Positions 45,440 through 61,903 of a stretch of 64,000 bases of DNA are shown here, piece after piece; positions within the stretch are counted from its first letter, which is position 1, and each line of letters starts with the position of its first letter. The notes beneath the pieces were generated by a model, which did not search any database, was not told where the DNA came from, and saw only the letters and a program-made list of their open reading frames with translations. The stretch comes from Zygnema circumcarinatum SAG 698-1b (lineage: Eukaryota > Plantae > Zygnematophyceae), in NCBI GenBank assembly GCA_037447605.1, contig CM074815.1:1-64000 (forward strand). The letters run 5' to 3'. The position numbers were made by a program, and so were the translations under genes.

Positions 45440-48400
45440 ATGCGCGCCTCCTCGCCCGCGCTTGCGCTTGCGCCTCCGCCAGAACGTAGCGCCTGTCTCG
45501 CCGCCAGCATCCGCTGGGCCTGCCAGGGGCGTCTCCCCCGGTGCACATTCACACACATATGTCGAAACCCTACCCAAGCGCTGGCACTGCGGAAATCAAG
45601 AACTTGCACCTGGCGGCTCGGAAGACGCTTGTTAGGCAACCATGGGAACAAGCTTGTGACACACACTGTCAGAGCGTCAGATGCCATTCACGATGCTGAA
45701 CACCGGGCATACAATCTCCTCAACAGCGGTGAACTGACAGCGTTTTCTGCATCTGATTCTAATGACAGCCAGCAACAAGCATCAGCGTCTGTCACTTCTC
45801 AATATGGACAGTCAGTACTTTCCGACAAGCCAGGGAGAAGCCTGCAAAAATTGCTGCCGTTCCTGATGCCCTTCACTCGACAAATAGCGCTTGCATGGCT
45901 GTGCACAGTTGTGGCGGTTTCATCTCTTGTCCTGTTTGTGCCACGAATTGGAGAAATCTCAGCTGTACTGGCCGCAGGCGAGTTGTCAACCGTGGTTCGG
46001 AAGGGAGGGCTTCTCCTGGGGCTGGTCGCAGCGAGGGCAGTCGCTCAATACTGGCAAGATGCGTTGCTTTGGCAAGTGGCTCTCTCAGTCACGCTGTCTC
46101 TTCGCTCTTTTCTGTTCGAGAGGATACAGCAGATGGACATAGCTTCGTTTGAAGGCCGAGATGCTGCTGCCTTGGGCGATATTGCATTCCGTATTACGTC
46201 GGAAGCGGAGGATGCGGGAGACACAGTATTTGCCATGCTACATGTAAGAGCAACATTAAGCAACGAATGTGACTTTCAAATTAAGAGCCTTATCGTTAAA
46301 GATATCGTGGTCGCCTAAGTGCACATTGCGGGTTATCAGAATCCTCAGGAGGGAAGTTTGCTGCAGGCAAGGGAACAAGCTGATGTATGGGAAGAGAATA
46401 AGATACCCTTAAAATTTTGTAGGACCACTCAAAAGGCATTCCTTGAAAAACTGATTTGAGCCGTGCAAGCAGCACCTGCCGTGTAATTTGCTAGATGACA
46501 CCTTTGGACTATGGTGGTAGTTAGATATTTTCTGATACAGTAAACCCGCAGCAGACCACACACTGATCACTTAAAATCTGGCAATCCAAACGTTAGGTCT
46601 TTGCAAACTTATTAGTGCGTAGGAAGGGCCCTTTCTAGGTTGTTAGTTCGTTCATGCACCCTTCATAGGAATGACAAGAATTGAACGAGGTGATGGAGTT
46701 GTGCAAACGTGTATAGCAATGTTGCGGGAAAAATGTCATAAAGCGCCAATATAGCGAATATGACACTATCTCATATTTTGAGTGATCTGTGCTGCAGGCT
46801 CTGCTCCCCTCCGTGCTGCAGCTTGGAGCTATGGTTGTGCGCATGATCGCACTCAGCCCGCTGCTTACCCTGGCCACATTCTGCGTATGCTGCCTGTCCT
46901 GGAAAATTTTGGTCACCAATGAATTCTATCTGCGAAAGAGCCTACATACATGTGAAAGGGTTTCTTGAAAAATCTTTCGGACTGTGTTAAAGGAACTTTG
47001 AAATAAAGCCGCATGCAGCCTTACGCTGCAGAGCCAAATGAAACGTCATTCTTGAATGTTTGGACCATTGTCTTCCTGTGAAGTAGGTCGTGCCAGGCAT
47101 GGCCATCGTAATCGCCCTGTTGGGAGAGAGAGTACGACGAATATCCCGGACAGGGCAGGACTCCATGGCTGCACTTTCCGCTTACATGAACGAGGTCTGT
47201 CCTCTTGCTATTGATTTGATGCCCTTCCCGCTGTTGTATCGTCTCTGCAATCTTCAAACAGCATGCAGTCACCCTTGCTCGCTTCCACAAGCTGCAGCCA
47301 CTGTGAAGCGCCTTTTCCATTTCTAATCACAGTTCCTCAGCCGTTTCCAGCTCTGAAGGCAGCGAAACTGGATGCTTTCATGTGTAGGTCCTGCCAGCCA
47401 TGATGGTTGTGAAGGCTCATGCAGCAGAGGATTTCGAGAGCCATCGATTTCGTGAGTTAGCAGAGGCGGACTGCTCGGCCAGACTGCGCAAGAAGCGCTT
47501 GAAGGCGCTCTTCCCGCAGGCCATCACGGGCGCATACGCGACGGCCGTCATGACTCTGCTCGCTCTGGGGGCGTGGGCCATAGCGCGCGGCAACTTCTCC
47601 GGCCCGAAGATGGTGTCCTTCATAACATCGCTCGTGCTCCTGGTGGAACCTTTGCAGGTTGGTTGTACTCTTGCGTTGTTTTTTGGAAAGGATGGTGTGA
47701 TTTGGATGCAATAATGTGTGTTTTCTCTCTCTGCTGAATCTCTGACAGACTGGGTGGATGTCTCATCAGGCTGTGGGCAGTGCCTACAATGAGATTAAAC
47801 AGGGAGAGCCGGCTGTGGAGCGCCTGCTGGTCCTTTCTGCAGTCAATCCCAAGGTGCCAGCTACTTGCTGGGCTTCGTCCAAACTGTTCCATCACAGCTG
47901 TCTTGCCATTCCTTAGGCTACGTGATACAGACGTTTGGAAGGGTATTTCGACTTGCGCTTTTACGGCTGGTTTAGAGAGGGATGCCGGGTTGGTGGTGCA
48001 GGTCGTGGAGGCTGAAGATGCGCAAGAGCTAGGCCCCGTGGAAGGCAGAGTGGACCTGGAGGGAGTTAGCTTTGCATATGAGGAAGGCGGCCCTCTCGTG
48101 CTCGACAATCTCTCCTTGAAGGTCATTCCAGGAGAGACGGTTGCTCTGGTGGGGCCCTCCGGCAGCGGCAAATCTACTGTGCTGAAACTGCTGCTGCGTC
48201 TCTACGACCCCTTGCAAGGTACAAGTTGCTGCAAATGTGTAGGCAAGCTCGCAACGTTAGTTTGACTGTCACGGTTATGCCTCATTCTTGCCTCACCCCC
48301 TCTCTAAGAAAGCATACGTGCATGTTACATAAGTGTGTTGCCTGAAAGATTTCCACGGTCTGACGAGCTTTAGCCTTTGCATTGCTTCTGGCACAGCACA

Positions 48401-49633
48401 GGGAGAGTCCTCCTCGACGGCCACGACTTGCGGCGCATAAAGCTCAAGGCCCTGCGGAAGACAGTCGGCATCGTGCCGCAGGAGACTGTGAGTCTGTTCC
48501 CGGCCTTCTTCTCCGGCTGGGAAAACTCTGCACTCTTTCGAGAAGCCCATGCAGTAATGTAACATTTTTAGGCCCCCGGTTGCCCCATACCCAGGAAACA
48601 ATTATGTCGGTTAATTAGTCAAGGTTTAAAAATGGAAGACCCCGCACCTTTTGGGCTCCTGTAGTAAGCTGAGGAAAAGCACTATGTACTGTTATATTCA
48701 GTTGTTGTTATGTTTACGTGTTTGAATGCTGTGTATCTACAGGCTCTCTTCTCGGGCACTGTGGCCCAGAACATTGCCTATGGCTTCTTGCCAGAGATTG
48801 TTTCCATGCGGGCAGTCGAACGAGCGGCCCAACTGGCAAACGCAGACAGCTTTATAAAGCGTTTAGCGCATGGCTACAACACCCAATTGGGCGAGCGCGC
48901 AGCATCTTTGAGTGGAGGACAGCGGCAGAGGTGAGACCTCGACACCGATAAGAGCATCAAGTCCCATTGCATTGCTGGACTGCTCGCACACTACAGGGTA
49001 ACGTGATGATGGAGACGTCCGATCCGTGTTGCGCTTGTCTTTGCAACCTAAGAGGTGCCCTGGAAAGCAAGCTGCCACCGGTCTGAGCGTGCCTGCTGTT
49101 GTGCTGCCTCTGGACCCACGCTTGCGCCACGTGGCACGTGGCACGTGGCAGGCTGGCCATCGCTCGAGCAGTGTACCACCAGCCGGCGATCATGATGCTG
49201 GATGAAGCCACGTCAGCGCTGGATAACCAATCAGAGGAGCTTGTGAGAGAGGCCCTTAACCGGCTCATGGTCGGTCGGACGGTGAGCATGCTCAGCGTGC
49301 AAGCTGTGCTTTCTAAGGGTAGTTCATTCTAGAGATTCAAGTGTAGTTGAGGGCGACTGAGAGTGCAAAGCATTCCTTACAGGATAGTTTTTCCCTTGGA
49401 ACGCTACTGGCAATACCCGAGAAGGGAGCAGTCTGTGTTGCATATTCAGTACCATTGGGGTTCACCGCTTGTGGACGCAGGTGGTGGTCGTGGCTCATCG
49501 CCTTGAGACAGTGCGAAATGCAGATCGCATAGTTTGCATGGACGGAGGGCGGATAGTGGAGGAGGGCACACACGCCGCCCTCTTGGAGCAAGGTGGCGTG
49601 TACGCGTCTCTGTATAGAGGCCAACTGGTGTGA
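45440..49633 (+). CDS. ABCB29: ABC half-transporter, subfamily B, plastid-type (ABCB29-like), with a probable transit peptide
   Basis: Ser/Arg/Ala-rich N-terminus; TMD with [11 protein letters not shown] and ELKQGEPA-type [13 protein letters not shown]; Walker [10 protein letters not shown]; signature LSGGQRQR; Walker [11 protein letters not shown]; VAHRLETV. Exons 45440-46243, 46798-46884, 47087-47194, 47388-47657, 47770-47853, 48002-48218, 48402-48487, 48743-48930, 49152-49281, 49481-49633. Confidence 0.93.
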
Positions 49634-50722
49634 CTCGAGCGGAGTCGTGGCTGCCTCTCAGGGCTTGCCTCCTCTGCCAAGTGTGATGGTCGGTCGATGC
49701 CAGCACCTGCTTGTGACAACCACTTGCAATGAGGAATGAAAATGAATGAAATGAAATGAGGTGGTGCGTCCAAAGTGTTCAGTTGCTGGGAAGAAAACAC
49801 CGAATGTCGAGGGGATTTGGAGCTGCGTTCGACCTGTCTACGACAACGTCGATCAAAACGAATGTGCCGCATCGTCATTGGTGAAACCGCCTGAAGGGCG
49901 TCGAGACAGAAAGGTGCCGCAGAATCTCATGGCATGGCATGTCACGGACAAATTCTGGCACCCTGGAGTGCTATGCGGTGCTAATCACTCGGTAGAGAGT
50001 ATGAGCACCACACTTTCATGTAAACAGGGGCAGCCGATCAAACCGTTTTTGATGATTGCATCATTGTGTTGAGTTGCCATGCCATGCATTAGCCGTTCAG
50101 AGCAGGTGGCCATCCATCCATCCCTCCCTCCCATCCCATCCGGCGCGGCCAAGTCGCGGTACGGTACGGTACGGTACGGCACGGGGCGACTGCAGCGCCG
50201 AGCGCAGCGTGGCTCGTGTCCGGCTCCCTCCGCCTCTGGGGGAGGGGGCCGCCATCATTATCATCCATAATCCATCTGGAGAGAGCTGAGCGCTGCGGCC
50301 ACGGGCGGGCGCAAGCGTACGGACGGGCCGGGCCGGGCCCGCCGCGGTACCGCTTCTCAGCGCGCGGCACTGCGCCGCCACGTGGCGTGCGCGGACTCGT
50401 CCACTGGATTGGAGGCCCGCTCCAGCGTGGCAGTCCGTGGCGGGGCGGGGCGATGCGGGACCCCGCGAGGGAGGGGAAGGGAGGAGCCATGGCCTCGGCC
50501 CCAGCCCTGGACTGACTGCGCCGGGCGGCCAGAGGAGGAGGGAGGGAGGTTGGGAGGGAGCACAAACGCGGGAGAAGCATCGCCGGTGCGTCCGCATCGA
50601 CGGCGGCTTGAGGAGGCAGCTCAAGGGATGACTTCGATTTAGAGACCCTCCCCCGTTGAGGGGCAACCATTATACATGCGATTGGACCAAGATTCAACTC
50701 TGTGTCTGCTCTTCTCTGAATC

Positions 50723-53700
50723 ATGGCTGCATTCAATCAAGAAGACTTAGATTTCCTACAGGTACGTAGTGCCATTCGCTTTTGCGGCTTTTCAACTGAA
50801 ATGGCGGAGCTATTCGTAGTATTAAATTCATTCGAAGTCCAACCTCGGGCCCTCCGTATAGGAAGAGGCTGCGTGTAATGGACGGACCTCCACATCTTCT
50901 GAACTGTCCTGAGCGACACCAGCACTAGTGCAAGGGAGGAGGTCCTCAGGTTTCACAGTGCATGCGTATATTTTGCAGTTCCTTAGCCACAAAAACGTTA
51001 GCACCAGTAGGAGCACATTGGCAGCACTGTAGGTCGATGAGAAGAGTACGGTGTCTTGCACGAGCTATCTTAAGTAGATAATTAGCTTCTTCGAAAATTC
51101 TGCAGTGAAAGGCGCGATGGTCTTGATACGTTTTCAAATGTGCAAGAGGACATCTTTAATGCAGCATACAGCATGTGCTACATCACTTTGCCAGGGCTCT
51201 GAGAGTAGAGTGAGCCCCGGACCAGTCATGTATGAACAGCTCAAGCCAGAGCAGAGTTTCGCTTGTTTGACACTTTGGCTTGTTCCCTGTTCGAACTGCA
51301 TGCCCACTGGCGCAAGATGTATACCGGTGGCAATTCATGAGTCTTTTTCGCTCACCAGTTTCTTAGTGCAAAAGGCAAATTTTCTGGCGAGACAGGAGAC
51401 AGATATTCAAATGTGGTTCCTATTCTCAACCACCATACATCAACCGGACCTGTAGGTGCATCGACCTAGATATTCTTTTGAGGTAGCAACGTGATTCGTA
51501 GCCTGACTTCTGGCTGCAGGCTCGTGCAAAGCGGTGGCTGGAAGCAACCTTGCATCAGCCGCTACCAAAGGAGGAGAGCTTGTCAGCAGTGTTGGCTGAT
51601 GGACAGATCTTGTGAGTTCTTAGGCGCACTCATGTTCACATTCGTATTCAAAGTCGCGCAATTAGTCCTTGCGCAATAAGGTTTGAGCCTGTATCACTTT
51701 ACGAACTTTTCACCTCAAAAGCAAAAGTAAAGCAGGTCTGACGTTTTGGAATGCATATTGAGTGTGTAAGGAACTAGACACGCTTTACGCACATTGTATA
51801 AAGGTTTTTCTCGTGTTTGTAGGATTTCTTGCACACTAGTTCGAAGATATTCTTTTCGCGATCAAGCAACTCTGGCAAACGAAAAACCTGCTCGTATGCA
51901 GAACCTCAAAGGGTTGAAAGTGGGACTTCAAGATGTACTGAATCAGATTGCTGGACGTTTATGCAGGGCAAAGGTAGCTACAGAAATCTGGAAGCTGAAG
52001 CAAAATCACAATGGCGACAGTCATATGAGGACATCTAGCACAGCTCTTGGACCACATCCTTCTCGATCTGCAACAGGATGGTCACGCTTGGCAAATGTTG
52101 AAGTATTTTTGAAGGTATAGCTGCAATTACGCCTATTTGTCTAGTTATTTTCCGCACATAAATTAGCTACTTTTGTCCCGGGAGAGGATACAACATGATA
52201 AGCTGCTATGTAGTAAATCATACAATCATACTCTGAGTGCTTTAAACGGACATGGTTGCCCTAGTGAAGTTCTCTCCAAATAGGAGGGAAAAAAACGTTT
52301 CCATTTAACCTCCTACGGGTGCTTACTGTCCAATACACAAGCATGAAAAAAATTCATATCAAATTTCTTGATATCGCAGATGTGTAAAGATATCGGGTTA
52401 CCGTCAAGTGATTTGTTCTCAGCGACAGATGTGATACAAGAGAAGGAGATAAAGAGATTATGCCTGTGTTTTCGAGCACTCGCAAAGAAGGCACAGGCTA
52501 TGCATCTAAAGGTACAGTGGCGAACGGCCCTCTTTTCCAAATGTTCCTTGTTAGATGAAAGTGATGAATGCAAGCCAGCTCCGAAAGTCCAAATACTCCT
52601 ATGTTTACATCATGTATGCAGCCAGATTAGACTGCTTTAGTATGTTCATTTATTTCGGTCGCATTAACTTTCGCTCACATCGACGTAGGTCATGTCAGGA
52701 AACAAGCCCTGTTGAACATGGAGTAAAAATTGTAAACCACAGTTTTCTCCCCTAGCCTATGGATAAATTGCCAATTCGGAGTATGAATAGGAGAAGCAAT
52801 ACTTGCTCTGAAAGCTATCAGACAGTCAATAAAGCGAATCTGTGAACATAAAGCACGTTACCTCTCTCAACTCTAGGGCAACTGCTGTGCATGTCTTCCC
52901 TTTCCACACTTTCTTTACGCGAGCTACTTCGATATGTTCTTTGTGTCACCTGATACTTGACACTTGCAATTGCTTGTGCTTCCCCCGCTTTCAGAAATGC
53001 CTTGAGAAAAGTAGTTTCTATCGATTTTGTGTGTGTTTTACAACCAGTCTTCCGCAGCTCTCGAGTTCCCTTTCTCGTTGGTTATTGAAGCATGGTAAGG
53101 ACCTAATCTCTGTTTCGTTCGGCTGTTATCCAATGTAGGTGCCTGATTTTGACGATACAAGCTCATCGCTTGTTCGGCCCCGTTCAACGGGACTTGTGGA
53201 ATCAGCCAAGAAGGATCTTCTAGAATCTACAGCCACACATGAAAAGGCTCCTCCTTCTGGAGTGGGCAGATTGACAATTCCGGAAGAGCTGCTTAAAGAG
53301 CAGGTATTTTTCTGCATGCTTCTTTGGGCTGAACCGGAACAGTGAGTAAACATTGTCAGTCCTATCCTGCTTTGGATTTAAGTATGATTCGGTCTAGGCA
53401 AGGGTGAATATATGAAGGATCAACGGCGAGATGCGTTTGTACATGCGCTAACGTGGTGATCCACAAACACTGTCTTTTGCGTTTGCTTTCATTATGCAGT
53501 CTGGGAACCATGAGCCAGTTGATTATGGGAGATATCGAGGGCTGCCATCCTCTACAAGCTTTTCACCTGATAAAGTGTGTCAACGAAACTCCGCAAAGTA
53601 CTCTTGGCCACAATGGAGGCTTTGTGACTCAGAAACTGGAGTTTTATTGCCTTTAATAAGTTCATAGTGAGTTAAGTTCAATGTCATCGGTTCGCAGCAG

Positions 53701-54403
53701 ATTGTCAAGGATTTTCCCTGTGTAACCTTCCAATCAGTCTTGAATTCTCTTCGACATCAGTTCCTCACGCATTCGTCATAACCTTGTTACAGCCCTGTTC
53801 GCGTATCTCTTGTGGATGTAGGCAAGAAGCTCGAAGAAGACGAACAAGGGGTCAACCGCAGGCCGCAATCATGAAGAGGCGCGGCGCAAGAAGCCATGGG
53901 CTGTAATTGCAGTCGGAGCTTTTTGCCTAGTTGGAGCTGCTGCCCTATTGCTGTCCAAGAGTCGGAGGTAAGGAGTATGAGCATGCCAAACAACTTTTAT
54001 TTCATTTTTCTATGAAATTTGAGGTGTATGCAGGGAGCATCTAGGGATTGCGAATGTTATATGATATGATATGTTTTGATATGTTTTTTCTGCAGGTAGC
54101 GAGTGATTTTTGCTCTTTTCATTCGGAGCCTGGTGCCATTCACAGGGAGCTAGCCTCTTTGAAGTTTTCATTGTCACTGTGAATGGGTGCGAAGCATCTG
54201 TGATTGCTATCTAAAATGGATTGTTACTTCTCTGCAGGTCCCGGACGTACCGAGTACGTCAGGGAGACACATTGTATGACATCTCGAAGAAGGTGATGAT
54301 TGAGGATTGGAGAAAACTGCATGAAAGTAACCCCCATGTGGCGGATCCAGACCTTATCTATCCTGAACAAACGCTCCGCTTGAAGCCAGGAAACAAACGC
54401 TGA
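50723..54403 (+). CDS. About 295-aa protein: N-terminal calponin-homology domain, single transmembrane helix, C-terminal LysM domain
   Basis: Seven phase-consistent GT-AG exons: 50723-50761, 51520-51611, 51967-52114, 52380-52511, 53139-53303, 53822-53967, 54238-54403 (888 nt). CH domain: ARAKRWLEATL...VLADGQILAKVATEIW...LANVEVFLKMCKDIGLPSSDLFSATDVIQEKEIKRLCLCFRALAKKA. TM helix: WAVIAVGAFCLVGAAALLL. LysM: YRVRQGDTLYDISKKVMIEDWRKLHESNPHVADPDLIYPEQTLRL. Confidence 0.85.
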
Positions 54404-55374
54404 ATGCCGTTATTCGTATCGTCGTATGGGGTACAGCACCCGAGCTCTGTGTGTTGGGTTAGTCTCTCGCCTCTGGCCTTCTTGGTGTGTGTGCTCTTTA
54501 AGCGGGCCATTGTGGTAGAGTAGATCATATTGGCTTATTTCGCTAACTTTTTTTTTTCCCCAATTATCTGGGCCTTAAGGTTGACCAGATTTACGAAGCT
54601 CTGAAAGAGTTTCTCAGTGCGCCTGCTGTACAGAAAGCTGCTGAGGGTGTCCGAGCAACCGTGTAGAGGGTTTTGCCATAGCGAGTTCACCATGTGTCCA
54701 GGCGGCGGTGCAACCACCAGACAGCCCGCCCAGGGCCTGCGTTGTACTGACTCGCGGAGGCCGGCATGCATGCATGCATACTTCAGCCTCCAGCTATCTG
54801 GCAATGAATGCGGTGCAGGCACAGCACAACGTAGGGATTGGCTTGGGATAGCCAAAGGACTTGGTTTGAAGGGATGGTTTCAAAGATATAGACGGCAGAT
54901 TTGTGGTCTGCTAAAGGCACACAATGAGGGGTATCGTTTTTAAAAGAAATTTTCCACAAAAGGGAAGCAAAAATATTCGTAAATTTGATATCGACACAAG
55001 TTTTTTGGTGACGAGAAGATCAGCTCACGAATACGTACAGATTCTGAACTCGTTTCCGAGACGAACCTTCCCTGCAGTGGATAATTTGACATCCTCTACT
55101 GTAATAGGGCTTATCATTTTTGAGAAGATTCTCTTTCAGGAAGTGACAAAAGCCAGTACATGCTTCCTAGGGAATCAACTGTAACCGCGAAAGCAAAAAG
55201 TATTGCTTTCAAAAGTCACCTGTAAGCGAATCCCAAATGATTTTCTTAAACTTGGCAAGCCCTGCGGTACACACGCTAGAACACGAGCTGCAAGGCCAAC
55301 CACGGAAGCTATCGTGGTCGAACCTCCAGTAAGTCACGACTCCGGAGATGCATAAGAGTGAATTCGACCACTCT

Positions 55375-55428
55375 GGACATGATGGCGCGGAGTCAGAAGG
55401 CGGACATGATGGCGCGGAGTCAGAAGGC
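55375..55428. repeat. Perfect 27-bp tandem duplication
   Basis: GGACATGATGGCGCGGAGTCAGAAGGC occurs twice. Confidence 0.9.
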
Positions 55429-55528
55429 GCCGCCGGGGGACCGAGACTTGTTTGTCGCAAGACTCGCCGGGCGGAGTGAGCGAGCGATCGAGCGAGAGGC
55501 TGGCGGCAGTCCCCGGCTCGGCCCGGCC

Positions 55529-55586
55529 CCATGCCATGCCATGCCATGCCATGCCATGCCATGTCGAGTCGAGTCGAGTCGAGTCG
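55529..55586. repeat. Compound pentanucleotide microsatellite (CCATG)n(GTCGA)n
   Basis: About 7 CCATG units followed directly by about 4 GTCGA units. Confidence 0.9.
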
Positions 55587-55629
55587 TACCGCGCGCGCCG
55601 CAGCGTGCTCTCTGGCTCTGACCGGGCCC

Positions 55630-55640
55630 AAAAAGCAAAA
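55630..55640 (-). terminator. RNA polymerase III oligo-dT terminator of the tRNA-Leu gene
   Basis: TTTT-GC-TTTTT on the - strand, about 20 nt downstream of the tRNA 3' end. Confidence 0.7.
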
Positions 55641-55658
55641 GATGTTCGCTATGCGCAG

Positions 55659-55742
55659 TGTCAGGAAGGGGGTTCGAACCCCTGCCCTCTATCGAGGACC
55701 AGAACTTGAGTCTGGCGCCTTAGACCACTCGGCCACCCTGAC
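55659..55742 (-). tRNA. trnL-CAA: tRNA-Leu (anticodon CAA), intronless, long variable arm
   Basis: GTCAGGGTGGCCGAGTGGTCTAAGGCGCCAGACTCAAGTTCTGGTCCTCGATAGAGGGCAGGGGTTCGAACCCCCTTCCTGACA: acceptor stem GTCAGG/CCTGAC, anticodon stem CCAGA/TCTGG around CTCAAGT, and T-loop GTTCGAA. Confidence 0.97.
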
Positions 55743-56039
55743 GATGGGTAACGATGTTGGTAATAACAATTTAAACTATTACATAAGCCACTAGTAGCCA
55801 ACACCCCCTACTACCCGTGCCCTCTGCCGCCTTCGGCATACCGCAGCGTACCGAATGTGGCCGGTACGTGGCCGGGCCGGGGCCGAGGACGGCAGCCGGC
55901 AGGAGGGAGGGAGGGAGTGAAGCGGGCGGCAGGTGCGAGCGGGGGAGGGGTGGGAGGGAGGAGACTCAGGAGAGGGGGGAGAGGGCGGGCAGGGGCAGGG
56001 CAGGGCGAGGGCGAGGGCGACGGCGACGGCAAGAGCGCC

Positions 56040-60431
<4,392 letters not shown>

Positions 60432-60844
60432 CGTCCTCCCTCCTGTCATTATGGAGGGAAACTCACTCTCTTTGCGCCATCTCCCGCCAACACAACATTC
60501 CCCTCTCCCTCTCTCGCTCTTCGTTTTCACACACACACCATATCTTGCGCTCTCTCATCTTTCGCTGCTTAGCAGCGCAGGAGTTAATCTTACCTGTTAC
60601 AGGTAAGGCGAAAAAGAGCCGCCTTCCATGTGGCGGTGCAGCAGCTCCAGACGGCGCCCAGCGAGCTGAGCGGGGCCATGTTGTGTGCGTTGTGCTCAGG
60701 TGGACATGTTTCATAGCGGCAGTTGAACAGGACTTCTGTTCCTGGGGGTTTTTTTTTTTTTTTTTATCTGTACTATTGTATTTGTCAAAAATAGTTTTTC
60801 GACTTCTATGGTATCCTTTGTTGAGGTTGGAACGAAGTAGAGCT

Positions 60845-61270
60845 GCCTGCCCGTCTGCCCATGCCAATCTACCCGTCTGCCCATGCCAATCTACCCGTCT
60901 GCCCATGCCAATCTACCCGTCTGCCCATGCCAATCTACCCGTCTGCCCTTTGGTCCATCTGCCAGTCTGCCAATCTGCCCGTCTGCCCGTCTGCCCACCT
61001 GTCCGACTGCCCATCTGCCCGCCTGCCCGTCGGCCCGTCTGCCCATCTGCCCTTCTGCCCATCTGCCCGTCTGCCCATCTGCCCTTCTGCCCATCTGCCC
61101 GCCTGCCCATCTGCCCGTCTGCCCACCTGCTCACCTGTCCGACTGCCCATCTGTCCTGGCCGCCTGCCCGTCCGTCTGGCCGTCTGGCCGCCCATCTGCC
61201 CATCTGCCCGTCTGCCCGTCTGCCCATCTGCCCATCTGCCCGACTGCCCGTCTGCCCGTCTGCCTGCCGA
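60845..61270. repeat. CTGCCC-based minisatellite: 4 copies of a 22-bp unit, then a degenerate 8-bp array
   Basis: CCCGTCTGCCCATGCCAATCTA four times, followed by CTGCCC(A/G)T units. Confidence 0.9.
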
Positions 61271-61903
61271 CGGCCGCCCGGCGAACGAGCACACCGCGCG
61301 AGCAGTCCACGGCCACCCCGTGACGTCACCGGCATATCTGCCCTCCAGGCCCCAGCGCGCCGCCGTGACGTGACGCGGCGTGACGGCCGACGGCGAGTAC
61401 CGCAGTCCGCCGCCGGGCGGCGCCACGTCGGACGGAGGGGGGGGATCCGCCGGGCGCCTTTCGCGTCCACGTCAGTGCCACGTGGCCGTCGGAGGTGCCG
61501 CGAGGCGCGCGGTGGGCCCGCTGCGACGCGGTCCGACGTGGCGCGGCGGGCGGCCAGCGCGGCCGGCGCTATCCGGGCCCCCCCCGATCGGGGACCGTAC
61601 GGTTGGTAAGTTGGCCGCTGCGCCGCGTCGATGTTCGCGTAGTCCGGAAGCGGTATCTCGTCTCTTCTCCTTCGCTTAATGTCGGAGCGAGAACATGTAC
61701 GATTTTCGAAATCGTTTGTGTTTATTGAATTGTAATGTGAAAGGTTGGCACTGCTCTGCTATGCGATGCTGTGGGGCGGGCGGGGCGGGGCGGTATAAAG
61801 CGGGGGGGGGGGGAAACGGGGCGGGGTATAAGCGTGCAGGCAGGCAGGCAGGCAGGCAGGCAGGCAAGGCAGGCAAGGCAGGCAAGGCAGGCGGGCGAGG
61901 AGC

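Noticed and set aside
51823-51966. An upstream in-frame acceptor that would add 48 aa to the CH domain
   Set aside because: It would interrupt the LADG.IL-(A)KVA..IW helix of the CH fold, so the 51966 acceptor fits better; it remains a possible minor isoform.
55744-55794. ATG GGT AAC (MGN...) as a myristoylated CPK start
   Set aside because: There is an in-frame TAG after 16 codons and no convincing donor linking it to the kinase.
60545-61609. 354-aa and other overlapping ORFs (PSAHLPICP repeats)
   Set aside because: Artefacts of the CTGCCC minisatellite.
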